In this document: positions 52,161 through 64,000 of the stretch, piece after piece | Numbering within the stretch: position 1 is the first letter of the stretch | How the letters are laid out: each line of letters begins with the position of its first letter | Assembly (NCBI GenBank): GCA_013265495.1 | Contig: MU057403.1 | Location: 429,481-493,480 of the forward strand | DNA from: Vicugna vicugna | Taxonomy: Eukaryota | Direction: 5' to 3' | Length of the DNA: 64,000 bases | Notes under the pieces: generated by a model | Database searches by the model: none | Told to the model about the DNA's origin: nothing | What the model saw: the letters and a program-made list of their open reading frames with translations, nothing else | Position numbers and translations under genes: made by a program

Positions 52161-53962
52161 ATTAAGTGGCTTTACCATTCTCATCCTTCTGTAGGCCCCT
52201 CCAGTGTTTCTTAAAGATGGAAGGAAACAATTTTCTTAAACAACAGCCAGCTCTTACATCTTTTGAACACTTGAGTAGTTTAAATAGAACTTCTAGAGAA
52301 AGGAGAGATTTCAAGACCCGTTCCTTAGAGACAGAGGATGAGCCACTGCCCTGTGACTTCCTGCGCAGTCACTAGGGCGTGAAGGGTTTACCTGCATTCA
52401 GATAGTTTTTCTTGGTAAGCTCCAAATTCTCAGAGTTAAGGTCTGGAACACAGCTTCACGCAGGCTAGGTGTGGCTTGAACCACACACTACCTGATGAGT
52501 GTGTATGTTCGATGAGCCGTGTCATGCCATGCCGTGTGAAATTGCTGATAACAGTGGAATTTTCTGAAAAGATCATCTTAATGGGGCAATGAAGATGCTA
52601 GTTCGAAGGCTCTGTTTTGCAAGGTGAAAGGCAAAGTGAACTGAAGACTAGCCTCAAATGGTCTTCCTGTTTACTGTTACGGAGAGTACAATGTGACTTG
52701 AATTGCAACTCAAAAGAAAGAAATATAAATTATGGCATATCAGACTTCAACAACAACAACAAAATACCTGACTCTGAACATATCACTTGACAGCCTGCTA
52801 ACAAAGCAAATATTCCTAAGTTTTCAGTTGTCTGTCAGGAAAAGTGGCTTGTGGTCATCTACAAGATTTTCTTGGCATAGAATGATGTTTGACTTGCTTC
52901 TCCTCACCTTGAAATCTCTAAGCTTTCATTGCTTCTTAAAGAGATATTCACTTTTTTGTCTGTCTTTTCATTTCTCACCTTTTAACTTGCCTTTCCTGGT
53001 CAGCTTTTAAGGACTCCAATATCTAGCATTCCTTCCTTTCCTTGGTATAGAGGTTAGAAAGACATTAACACAGAACAGCTAGTCATACCAGCATAGTCCA
53101 TTCTTAGTATCTTGGAAAATATCTCTTGGTAACCAAAGCAGTGACTGATATAAAATTTTAAGTTGGGGCAGGTGAGCCACTATCAAGGTGATGGTAGAAG
53201 TCTCTGAAATTTTTTTTTTGCATTTATACCAAACTAGTTATGCCAAATCTATCAAAAGATGATTTAACCATCATTCTGTATCTCAAAGAGTACATAAGTA
53301 ATAAACAATCATACAATTTAAGAACTTGAAGGAATAGTCTCTTGAATTTTTCTAATCCATATGCTTTTTTTCTGTTTTTACCATGAGCATATATAACTTT
53401 TCTTTTTCTAAAAAAATCGAATTCCCTCAGTTTAAAGATTAAAATGGGATTATGATTTGTTCAAAGTCAGGCAACCAGTTAATGGGAGGGTGGGAAATAA
53501 ATATTTTGTCTGTAGTTGTTGATGTTGGGAGATAACCAGCAGTGTTCTAATCCAAATTCTTTAGTTAGTACTTGGCAAGAGTTGCTTAGTATTATTTGTT
53601 GGCCATGTTGAAGATGGAAATAGGGTATTATTTTGTTATAAGTGTGTGTCAGCGGAAACAAAGCTGAATGTTCCCTTAGAGGAAAATTGAAACACTGACT
53701 TTCGAGTTATACAACAATCTTGATTATGTATTCACATCAGAAAGCTTCTTCGTACTTGCTCAAATAGCAAGACATTTGAAAGAAACCTTTACTAGGAAGA
53801 CAGTGGCAATAAATATAATCACACTTATTGAAGGTCATTAAGAAATAATTGGAATTATTTCCAGTTTTAGAAGTGAGATGGAGAAAGAAAGCAAATCTAT
53901 TACTTCCATTCACCATTTTCAAAGGTAACAGGTAACATTAAAGGTATAGTTTAGTTACTGTT

Positions 53963-55921
53963 TGTGGTAGCCAGACTTCCAAGATGGTGCCCAATGATTC
54001 TTTCCGCCTGGTGTTTATATATTTTCCCCTATCTCACTGAAGGGGGATGCCCTGTGTAACAAGTACAATATGACGGAAATAACGATTTTTTTTTTGTCCA
54101 CGCTGAGTATATATTTATAGCGTTCCTATGTTGAAAACTTTACACAGTGAATACCTGGAGCGTCTGGCCCACCCCTCTCCTAGATATTTATCTCCACCTA
54201 ACAACCTGCTCAACCCCTATGGCACAGAGACACCCTGTGCAGCGCCCACTTCAGACTTTGGTGCAGAGCCTGTCCAGCAGGGGGAAGGAAGTGAGAGTAT
54301 CCAGCAGAGGCACAGCGCAGGCAGGTCCTTGTCCCAGCGAGGAGGAAGGGAACCCACCAACCCCCATCGCCTTTCCATGCCAACTGCATGGCCCTGGCGT
54401 GGAGGTGCCCGCAGAGTGGAGGGCGGGCACTCAGGCCTGGGAGCTGAGGGTCAGGGGTGCGGAGTAGCGCTGGCGGGTGTGCTTCTCACAGTACAGCTCG
54501 TCCCCCACCCAGAAGTGCCCGCGCATCTTCAAGTTCAGGCCACAGTCGGCGCAGGTGTAGCAGCTGGGATGGCGGTACCGCCCCTCCTGGATGCGCACAG
54601 CCTGGTTCGCAATGCTGGCACTGCACTTCTCACATGTGTGGAGCTTGGGTGGGGTGGCCAGGGCCCTGGAGGTGCGCAGGGCAGACTGGGGACTCAGCGA
54701 GCTGAGCAGGAGGGCAGGCGTGCCACCTCTCTCCTCGGCCTCCAGGGCCTCCTGCAAGAGCCGAAAGAGGGGGGGGGGGAGCGGGGGCAGCCGCGCCTCA
54801 CGATTTTCCTGCAGCATCTTGAAGACTTCTGAGTCCTCGCTCAGGAGATGGCTTTCCCCTTCAGAGGCCACAGTGAGCCTGGGGCTGGACGAACGGGGAC
54901 CTGGGGAAGGCGGTGGCGGCAGCACCAGCGCAGCCGAGTCGCCAGCGGGGCCAAGGCCGGCCTGTTGGCTTCCGGGGCGGCCCCCATAGGACAAGCGGCC
55001 CAGCGGCGATTCCCGGGGAGTGGGGCAGCCTCTGGAAACTGTGGCGGGTCACAGCCTCTCCAGCGAGGGCGTGTGGGCTGCTGGCGGGCAGGTGGGGCTG
55101 CCTGGCCGGGGGCCGAGGGAGGCCGGGTTGGAGCCGGGTGACCACAGGGAGGACTGGCTGTCTATGTGCGTCCTCGGGGCCCTGGAAGCGAGTGGCCAGC
55201 ACCTCCACGGAGCTTTCCCCGTTGGTCTGCCCGGGAGAGGCAGCCCGGGACCGGTCCAGCTGCAGCCTCAGGTGAGGGGCTCTGGCGGATCTTGCTCTGG
55301 GCCTCGGTATGAAGCATGCCCTCTGCCCTCTCCCCACTGATGGCCACAATAATGTCACCAGGCCGGAGGTCAGCAGCTTCAGCCTCGCCCCTCTCTGTTA
55401 CGTTGGTCACCATGATAGGCGTGTGGAAATCCCTGCCCCCGGAGATGCAGAAGCCCCAGGGCGCTGGCCCCACCACATCCACCATCAGCGCCATACCTGG
55501 TGGGCTGGGCGGTCAGGCCCGGGAGGGAAGGGAAAGGAAGGAGGGAGGCAAGGAGACTTTCAAGGCCAGGTTGTAGAAGAATTTGATAGTTCTGCCTTGC
55601 CTTCTCTTGGATTGCTTGCTCTGCAGGAAGCCAGCTACCATGTCATGGGGACACTGGGAGGTCCACAGGGCTAAGGCATCCGGCCAACAGCCAGCACCAG
55701 CTTGTCAGCCACGTCAGTGAGCCTCCTTGGAAGCCTATACTTCAGCTCTGACCATTATCTTAACTTTACATCCTAACAAGAGCTTCTCAGCCAGAACCAT
55801 TAAGCTAAGCTACTCGTGAATTCCTGACCTACAGGAACCGCAGTCATAGTTCATTGTCATAAAACAAGTAAGCCACTAAGTTTTGAAGTAATTTATCACA
55901 TAGGTACTAATTGCCTACTCA
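53963..55921 (+). mobile_element. MLT1 (E/F-like) MaLR LTR split by the PDLIM2 retrocopy (53963-54085 and 55555-55921)
   Basis: tgtggtagccagacttccaagatggtgcccaatgat...gtaacaagtacaatatgacggaaataacga | gactttcaaggccagg...ggaagccagctaccatgtcatggggacac...agccactaagttttgaagtaatt. Confidence 0.88.
54086..55554 (-). pseudogene. PDLIM2: Processed pseudogene (retrocopy) of PDZ and LIM domain protein 2; CDS-homologous span 55494 to 54431
   Basis: N-terminal PDZ MALMVDVVGPAPWGFCISGGRDFHTPIMVT...AEGMLHTEAQSKIRQSPSP; central EDSEVFKMLQENRE and FRLLQEALEAEERGG; C-terminal LIM KLHTCEKCSASIANQAVRIQEGRYRHPSCYTCADCGLNLKMRGHFWVGDELYCEKH. No introns. 3' UTR, variant signal TATAAA (54114-54119) and A10 tail (54086-54095). 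About four frameshifts (~55270, ~55178, ~55093, ~54999). Confidence 0.97.
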
Positions 55922-55989
55922 ATTCACAATTCTTTACATTATTGTATTTTTATCATAATGACAATTATGATTGCCAAAATTGTCAGTAG

Positions 55990-56200
55990 TAATAACAATG
56001 ACCATTTTTGTGAGTCTGCTCTCTGCAAGATAATTTAAGTCTGTCTGTAGTGTTTGCAATATTTCTTCAGAATAGGTTTCATTATTCTAATTCCACATGT
56101 GAAAGAGATGAGCCCAGAGGGTTTATATGGCTTGCAGAGCTTCAGAAATGGCAGTTAGAAATGGCAGAACCAGGGCTTGGATGAAAATCTGACTGTTCGA
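55990..56200 (-). mobile_element. MIR SINE
   Basis: cattattctaattccacatgtgaaagagatgagcccagagggtttatatggcttgc...aaatggcagaaccagggcttgga. Confidence 0.7.
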
Positions 56201-56789
56201 TTCTTACTACTCTATGATATCACTCTTAATGAGAACAGAATTACAAGTCACAAATACAGGAAGTGAAAGGCATTTGACTATATAATGTGAAGCTAGTTAA
56301 AAGCAATCCATCTCCAAAATACTATATACTTCCCTTGCTTTTTGTTACCTCTTTTTCTGTAATATAAATATACATAGATTTTATTCTCTTGCACAGCAGT
56401 TACCTTAATTGCAACTCGGGGATCAGTGTGGCTTCTCTTGGTAAATCATGGTGGATAGCTAATTATTATCATGGTTCAAAATTAATACCTGAAACCTTTG
56501 GGTGTTTTTATGTTCTAATCATACATTCAGTTTCAGTTTCAGAAACACACAGCAACTTCTCTGTGCCCAGCACTATGACAGGCACAGAGGCAGTTGTTCT
56601 CAACCTGGAGGTGTGGATCAGACTCCCTGAGAGCTTTTTCAAAGTTTGCATGGTTGAGAACGCTTACATAAGGGACACAATGATTAATAAATTATTTCCG
56701 CTCTTAAGCAGCTCACACATATTAAGAAGGTCAAGTATTTATAAAACTTTGGCTTTTCCTTCTCTTTTCTTTGTAGTTTCCTCCTCATC

Positions 56790-57445
56790 TTCCCTTCCTT
56801 TTGACACCCCAGAACTCAGCCTCATTCCTTCTTCATTCTCAGACCTGAAGGAACTCATTTAGTCTCATGGATTTAAATACCACCTGTATACTGATGGTTC
56901 CCAAATTTATATTTCCCACCTGGACCTCTTTCCCGATTTGTATGATCTCTGCCCAGTCAGCACCTCCCTGGGGTAGTCATAAGGTGTCTCCAACCTTATA
57001 CATCTCACTGGATCTCCCGGATTTCCCCCTGAACATTGTGCTTCCACACTGTTCCCCCATTTCAGTTAATGGCAGATCTATTCTTCCAGTGCTCACGCCT
57101 AAAAGCTTGGGGTTATCCTTGATTCCTTTCTTTTTATCCATCCCATTATCTGTCATTAAATCTCACTGGCTACCCTCAGATCATATTCAGAAGCTAATGA
57201 TTTCTTACAAACTCTACTCCTTCCAGCCTGGTCCAAGCCATCTTTATTTCCAACCCTGGATTATGGCAGACATCTCTAAATTGTCTTCTGACTCTTCCCT
57301 GCTCTCTTAGAGACTATTCTCAATGAAGTGTACAGTTGGAACCTTTTTAAATGTAAGTCAGATCAGATGGCTTTTCTGTTCCAGTGTCTTCCCATTTCAC
57401 TCAGAAAAAAGGACAAAATTCTTACAACAACCTACAAGTTCCTTA
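56790..57445 (+). mobile_element. L2 LINE; continues at ~58925-59310 and ~59835-59900
   Basis: tagtctcatggatttaaataccacctgtatactgatggttcccaaatttatat, tttcagttaatggcagatctattcttccag; 3' end cacatagcagatgcccaataagtatttattgagt. Confidence 0.85.
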
Positions 57446-57449
57446 TAGG

Positions 57450-58775
57450 CATCCTCTCATATAGGCATGTAATGTATTTGCCAATAACAGCACAAAGTGG
57501 ATGGGTGGGAGCAAAGTTGTATTGACTAAGAAAATGGCTAAAAACGGTAAAGTAATAATTACAACAATGTGTAATTGCATTATAACATTTGTAGATGTAA
57601 TACTGTGTGACAAAAATTCCACAAAAAGAAGAAAAAGGAATGAGAGCTATATAAGAATAATGTTTCTGTATATCAGTGCAATTAAGCTAGTATAAATTGA
57701 AAGCTGATTCTGATAAGATTATGTGGTAAACCCTAGAGCAACCACCAAAAATAAATATGTATTATATATATATATATATTTAAAATTATTAAAGATGTTA
57801 AAATGCTACATTAGAAAATTTTCACTTAAGACAAAGGAAAGCTGTAAAGGAGAAATAGAGGAACAAAAAATACATGAGCCATAAAAACAAAAGTAAAATG
57901 GCAGAAGTAAATCTATATCAATAATAACATTAAATGTGAATGGATTAAATCATGTAGTCAAAAGGCAGAGATTGTCAGACTGGATTAAGAAGCATGATCA
58001 AACTAGATGTTATCTAGAGAAGACACATTTTGGATTCAAATATACAAATAGATTGAAAGTAAAAGGCTTGAATAATATATATCATCCAGACAGCAGCCAC
58101 AGGAAAGCTGGAGTGTCAATCCAGCAGGAAGCTATAATAATTATAAACACATATATATCCAGTGACAGAGCACCAAAGTACACAAAGCAAAAACTGAGAA
58201 AGGAAGAAGTAAATAATTCAACAATAATTGGAGACTTAACTGCTCTATTTACAATAGTGGATACAACACCAGACATCTATAGAATACTCCACCCAACAAC
58301 AAAATATACGTTCTTCTCAAAGGCACACAAAATGCTGTCCAGGATAAATCATATACGAGATTATAAAACAAACCTCAACAGATTTACAGAAATAATAACA
58401 AAGTCTGTTATCTGGCCACATTTTAATGAAATTTAAATGAATATTCAGGAAAAAATTACAGAAACTCATAAATATGTGGAAATTAAACAACATACTCCTA
58501 ACTATGCAGTGGATCCAAGAAGCAATAGAAAGGGAAATCAGAAAATACTTCGAGATGAATGAAAATGAAGGCACTATGTATCTAAATTTATAGGATGCAG
58601 GGGCAGTGATAGCTAAAGTGTGCAAGACTTCTTTTTGATGTGATAAAAATATTCCATAATTGACCTCGTGATTGTTGCAAATACCTGTGAATATTATACA
58701 AAACCTTTGACTTGTATGTTTTAAATGAGTGAAATGTATGGTGTACTAATTATACCTTAATGAAGCTGTTAAAAA
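57450..58775 (+). mobile_element. Old L1 (L1MB-like): inter-ORF region and degenerate endonuclease domain fused directly to the 3' UTR end
   Basis: ORF 57936-58436 (NGLN..KRQRLSDWIKK..LEKTH..TIIGD..YTFFS.AH..SRI.HI) is APE-type L1 endonuclease; after ~58600 it jumps to ...aatgtatggtgtactaattataccttaatgaagctgttaaaaa. Confidence 0.88.
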
Positions 58776-58784
58776 CTTTAATGT

Positions 58785-58922
58785 GCCTGCAAATCATTTG
58801 GGGATATTATCTCCGTACAGAATATGATTTCATAGGTCTGGGGCAGGGCCAGAGAGTCTGCATCTCTAATAGTCTTGTATGTGATGCCAGCACGGCTCGT
58901 CTGAGGTCCACACTTTGAACAA
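58785..58922. mobile_element. MER5A-like DNA transposon fossil
   Basis: taggtctggggcagggccagagagtctgcatctctaa...gtgatgcc...cacactttgaac. Confidence 0.75.
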
Positions 58923-59317
58923 GGTCTTTACCATCAGATTACTTTTTATCTTTCTGACCTCATCTCCTATCATCTTCATGAGTGGATTCCTGAGTGACTC
59001 ATGTGTGATTTCCAGCCAACCTGACCATCTTGTAGTTCCTTGAACATACCATGCCTGCCTCTACCTCTGGCTTTTGCCCTTGTCATTCCCTTTGCCTAGA
59101 GTGCTCTTCCCATCCCCACACCCCCATAAGTGCAGAGCGGGCTTAATCACCTTCTTCAAGTCTTTGCCCAGCTCTTCCCTCCCAGTGAGGTCTTTCCTGA
59201 CCATCCCACATCAGTTGCAACCCAGTTGCCCATACTTTCTTTCGCTCTTTTCCTGTTTTATTTTTCTACATAGCACAAAGTAAGTAATATTTCACCATGC
59301 TGTTTATGTGTTATTTG

Positions 59318-59712
59318 GTGTATAGTTTGGTAGGATGGCCATAAGAAAGTACCATAGACCAGATGGCTAAAACAACAAAAATCTATTTTCTCTCAGTTCT
59401 GGGAGCTGGAAGTCCAAGATCAAGGTGTCAGCAGATTTGGTTTCTATGGGGCCTTTCTCCTTGGCTTGTAGATGGCTGCCTTCTTGTGTCCTCCTCACAT
59501 GGTCTTTCTGTATGTTTGTCACACTCCTGGTATCTCTCTGTAGATACAAATTTCCTTTTCTTAGAAGAATGTCAATAGATTGGATTAGGGATGCCCTAAT
59601 GGCCTCATTTTAATTTAATCCCCCATTTAAAGACCCTTTCTCCAAATATATTCTGAAGTTTCTGGGGGTTAGGAATTCAACATGTGAGTTTGGAGGAAGA
59701 CAGTTCAGCCTT
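59318..59712 (-). mobile_element. MLT1 (A/B-like) MaLR solo LTR inside L2
   Basis: ggctaaaacaacaaaaatctattttctctcagttctgggagctggaagtccaagatcaaggtgtcagcag...attggattaggga.ccctaatggcctcattttaa. Confidence 0.9.
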
Positions 59713-61149
59713 ACTTTCTTTTTTTTTTTTTTTGTCCATTATCCTTTATTATGATATAAATTTCATGAGAACATGGATTTATTTTTAATAATCCATTATT
59801 GATCTAATACTATTAACCTAATACTGATACTATTGTATTATTGGCTTCTAGAACAGTACCTTGCACATAGCAGATGCCCAATAAGTATTTATTGAGTAAA
59901 AACATGAAAACAAAAGTATAAGTGCTGTAGAGATATTGAGTCAGTTTAGGTATAAAGGACTCAGGGGAGGTAGAGGTCAACTCTACATATGTGAGTTAGG
60001 AGAATTTAAATTCCAAAAGGTAGTCACTCAGATGGTTTGAAAATCTTATCATATGTACTCTCCACACTTGCTCCTTCACTCTTGTAACTCACTCTGACTG
60101 TATACTGTATTACGCTGTTGCTAGCTTAGTGTGCTTCACCACTCTGTGTAGCCTTTCCGATACCACATCCCCACCCCCTTATAAATAGACACCCCATTCC
60201 CTCTCAGTTGGCCAACATTAGCCAACCAACTAATTGGTTGCAGTACTTCCTAGCATGTGTCTTAAATATGTAATTACTATCCAAACCCTAAGATGTAGTG
60301 TTCCAGGACAGAGAAAGTGTTCCCTTAAAAAAAAAAAATCAATATTTGACTTTTTCAAATGTGGCAATTTAGAGGTTTGGAGATTTCACTGGGACTATGA
60401 AGAATTACATTGGCATCATTAGAAATTAATTCCTCAAGCTGTTTTGGAATGTTTAACTTGTCTTAGGGACACTAAAAGGTATAGGGGGAATAAATTTGAG
60501 ATCCCTTTCTCTATGCCAATTGACAGGAACCACAGCATTCTACTTAGAAGAGCTCATCATGCAAAGTTAAAAACAGTGTAAATTGAATTCTCTTAACTTT
60601 AGTGGATGAAATGTTACTATGTCAGTTCTATTCATAGCTCAGCTCAGTCTACCTGCTACGTACTTCTCTTTTTTAGCTGTCATACAGTCATCAATCATTT
60701 CTTTAAAAAGTATTGCCCAGTGGAAATGATTGGCTGCACTGACTAAAAATCTCATGGCACTGTATTGATTCGCAGAATTTATTCTCATGTAGACCTGAGC
60801 TCTTCTCAGGTTTTGTAGAAACTAGCTTCAAAAGACTGTTTGGTCTACATAGAACACCACTTACCAGCCTACTGACTTTTTATACCCCACCCATTTTAGT
60901 AGACAAAAACATTGGCTTTCACTGTGAAGAATGTTTTAGGAAACCAAATCAGTATCTCAGCTGCTTAAATAGGACTAATAAATGAACGTCCTCAAGATAA
61001 TGTCTAGGCATCTAATAAGCACCCAAGAAATATTTAATGATTAAATTAATTAATCATAAATTATAGCTTTTAAAGAGCCCCTTAACTGAGATAAAACTAG
61101 TCACAGAATGTAGGTCTTCATCTCCAGAGAGACTTTTCTAGAAAAATAT

Positions 61150-61503
61150 TTCATTATTTATTATTTTTTTATTGAGGTATAGTTGATTTATAATATTAGT
61201 TTCAGGTGTACAACATAGTTAGTGATTCACAATTTTTAAAGATTATACTCCATTTATAGTTATTATAAAGTATTAGCTGTGTTCCCTGTGCTGTACAATG
61301 TATCCTTATAGCTTATTTATTTTATATATAGTTGTTTGTGCCTCTTAATTCTCTACCCCTATCTTGTCCTTCCCCCCTTCCCTCTCCCCACTGGTAACCA
61401 GTAGTTTTTTCTCTCTATCTATGAGTTGGTTTCTTCTTTGTTATATTCACTAGTTTGGGTTTTTTTTTTTAATTCCACATAGAAGTCGTATACAGTATTT
61501 GTT
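61150..61503 (-). mobile_element. 5'-truncated L1 3' end with TSD, same subfamily as 12940-13291
   Basis: ttttattgaggtatagttgatttataatattagtttcaggtgtacaacatag...; flanking repeat tagaaaaata at 61139-61148 and 61505-61514. Confidence 0.92.
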
Positions 61504-61717
61504 TTAGAAAAATACTTTAAATTTTAATATATTTACTTAGTATCACTTAGCATGTTATTTATAATTTGTAACCATTTTGAGTATTATTAATAATAGGCAT
61601 TATTTATTCTTTTGAAAATAACTTGCTGTGTTATTTAGTATGATTTACTGTATGTCTTGGTACCAGAAAATATTTCTGAAGGGATTAATTTTCAGTTTCA
61701 TTAGGAAAATAGATGAG

Positions 61718-61930
61718 ATGCAGCATGATATATTGGAAAGAGAGCACTGTGAATCAAAAGCCAGTGAGTTGAATTCCTAGCTCATCTGCTTAAAATATAA
61801 GATTGAGCAAACTATTTATCTTCTCTGAACATTTAGCTTTGTCATCCATAAAAATGGGGGTGAATAACATAGGAATAGCATAGGGTGAAGGCTGTACTTT
61901 GCAAATGAAAACTAACTGTAAATGTAAATT
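61718..61930 (+). mobile_element. MIR SINE
   Basis: ggaaagagagcactg...gaattcctagctc...ttctctgaacatttagctttgtcatccataaaaatgggg. Confidence 0.75.
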
Positions 61931-62921
61931 TGCAGAAAGTAAGATGTGATTTAGATCATTTTACTCAACAGGAGACTTTAAAAGAGGCACCTTTATTTCA
62001 CCAATTAACCCACACTTACAGCTTATGTGTAATTTTTCCTTCTCCAGCCAGGCTCCCACCTTACAAATCATGATGTTACTGTGGTAATCTTAATTTTGTA
62101 AAAAAGCTGGTTGGTGATTTATTTTTCAGTAGAAAGGGGGAAAAAAAAGCCCTCCATTTGATATTCCTTATTCTTTAGTCTTCCCATGTATAATATCAGA
62201 GGATAATGTATCAATTCTAGGCTGGACCTAAAAAAAGATTCTTTGAAGACCACAGTTTCAGGAAATAAAGTAGCTTGAGTACTGTCTTCTGATTATAAAA
62301 TGGCCAGGAGTATTTCTTCCTTTACAAGAGATAGTCTGCTGCAATGTGTTCAACTTGGTTTTAAATATCAGAGGTTATAAATTCAAAAGCACTTTTACGC
62401 AGCTAACTTACTAGTGTAATTAGATACATTATGATTTGACATCTTTCATCATTAAGCTAGATTGGAGCCAGCCACAATTTATTGGGGGGTGTATGTCATT
62501 AAAACAAAACGTTTTAAAAGACCGTATGTATTTTACAATGCATTTTTATTCTAATTGGCAATGGATGATCATTTTAATGTTCTAGAGTAGGCTTGATATA
62601 AAAGGAAGAATGATAGCAAAGTGGCACAAACTCTGCCTTTCAAGTAAGCCAAAGTTAATGTGTAATATACATAAGAGCATTTGCTCAAAACCTTGGGAGA
62701 AATAAAGTCACCTTTAATTTCCTAAGATAGATCTAATATGGTTGTTCTGTTTCACTGGGGCTCAGGACCACTCTGAATCAGCCTTCTTGATGAGTCAGGT
62801 TTGGCAGCAAAGTCTCATCTGGCCTTCTCAGCAGACCTCCATAGGGCTTAAACTGGGGAAAAACTGGAAAGTTTGGAGCCAGACCAAGGGTTTGGGGAAT
62901 AGGGGTGGAGAGGTATCAGAG

Positions 62922-63092
62922 CAGCAGTGCACGCATGTTTCACAACTAGCTTGGGGAGGAGGGAGCCCTGATTTGTCGCATTTGCTGATTCCCATGGTGT
63001 AAATGCTCCCACCTTGGCCGATTTCAGGCTCCCGGATGATTTTACAGTGTGCTCACAACTCTCCCCAGCCTGTATGAGCCAGCTCTAGTACA
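62922..63092. mobile_element. MER63-like hAT DNA transposon fossil
   Basis: gccctgatttgtcgcatttgctgattcccatggtgtaaatgctcccaccttggccgatttcaggct...gagccagctctagtaca. Confidence 0.75.
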
Positions 63093-63114
63093 GGGAGGAC
63101 ATTTTCTTTCCAGT

Positions 63115-64000
63115 GTTTTTTGAAAAGTCACTTTTTAATTTTGATGAAGTTCAGTTTATAGATGTCTTCTTCTATAAGCTGTACATTTTGTGCATAGTAT
63201 GTACAAAATCTAAGGTCATTCAGAATTTTTTCTTCTATTTTCTTCTAGATGTTTTCCAGTTTTAGTTCATATGTTTAGATTAATGATCCATTTTTGAGTG
63301 AATATTTGTAGATGGATGACATAAGACTTGATGATTTTTTAAAAAAAAAAGCTAGCTATCCACTTGTCTAGCAACATTTGTTAAAAGATTGTTCTTTTCC
63401 CATTGAATTGCCTTGTTGAAAAACTTTATTTGTGGATTTTCTATTATTCCATTAATTTATTTGTCTTGACATAAATAAGAAACTGCTCTGATATTATAAT
63501 ACTGTGTAGTAAGTCCTGAAACTGGGTAGAGCAACTGTTTCAAATTTGTTGTGAATTTTAAAATTCTTACGGCTATTCTAGGTCTTTAAATTTCCATATG
63601 AATTTTTGAATCAAATTCTTCATTTCTACAAAAATTACTGCTGAGATTTTGGTGCAGTAAATATATTTTGCAATTAGAATCTATTGAAAATTGTCATCTT
63701 AATAATCTGGGGTCTCCTGACCCACGGACATGGGATATTGCTCCATTTATTTAGGTCTTGTTTAATTACTTCACTAATATTTTGTGCTTTTAAAGTGCAC
63801 ATCTTTGGTCAGATTTGTTCCTAAGTATTTCACAATTTTGATGATGTTATAAATGGAATTGTTTTAAATTTTAATTCTGTTTGTTTCTTGCTAGTCTATA
63901 GAAATATAACTGATTTAGTAGGTTGACCTTATATCTTGAAAATTTCCTAAATTATTAGTTCTGATAGCTTCTTTTTGTAGAGTCTTTAGATGATCATATC
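63115..64000 (-). mobile_element. Old L1 ORF2 fragment running off the window end
   Basis: ttttaattttgatgaagttcagttta, ttcccattgaattgcctt, ggctattctaggtcttt, ctccatttatttaggtctt. Confidence 0.9.

Noticed and set aside
54128..54832. Longest ORF in the window (234 aa, + strand) and the other + strand ORFs over 54.1-55.7 kb
   Set aside because: They are antisense shadows of the GC-rich PDLIM2 retrocopy, where stop codons are scarce; no recognisable domain.
54431..55494. Functional PDLIM2 gene
   Set aside because: Intronless, genomic polyA, inserted in an LTR and frameshifted as given, so called as a processed pseudogene.
11240..64000. Minus-strand bias of L1 3' ends as evidence that the window is one long + strand intron
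   Set aside because: At least five L1 pieces are on the + strand; the counts are too small to be informative.
1..64000. CRISPR array, operon or other prokaryote-type system
   Set aside because: The sequence is clearly mammalian, with no regularly spaced repeat-spacer structure or gene-dense block.

Overview
This is 64 kb of repeat-rich mammalian non-coding DNA, very probably from a camelid (alpaca, llama or camel). The species call rests on eight copies, plus one duplicated fragment, of a tRNA-Ala-derived Vic-1-type SINE. I can identify no intact protein-coding gene, no RNA gene, no CRISPR array and no evidence of a new biological system. The one recognisable gene-derived sequence is a full-length, intronless, polyA-tailed and frameshifted PDLIM2 retrocopy (54086-55554, minus strand) inserted into an MLT1-type LTR. 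The rest is L1, L2, MIR, MaLR/ERV LTRs and DNA-transposon fossils. Structures worth a second look: (i) a ~790 bp near-identical tandem duplication at 2539-4121; (ii) a composite templated insertion at 49792-50449, built from an inverted copy of 51202-51515 and a direct copy of 48576-48925; (iii) a degenerate ERVL-class reverse transcriptase fossil, only partly visible in the ORF track, splitting an old L1; (iv) several nested insertions with readable target-site duplications (TSDs); (v) weak candidates for a terminal exon/3'UTR (872-4350) and a promoter/first exon (~46.1-46.3 kb) on the + strand. Repeat family names come from recalled consensus sequences, not from a database search, and boundaries of old repeats are approximate.
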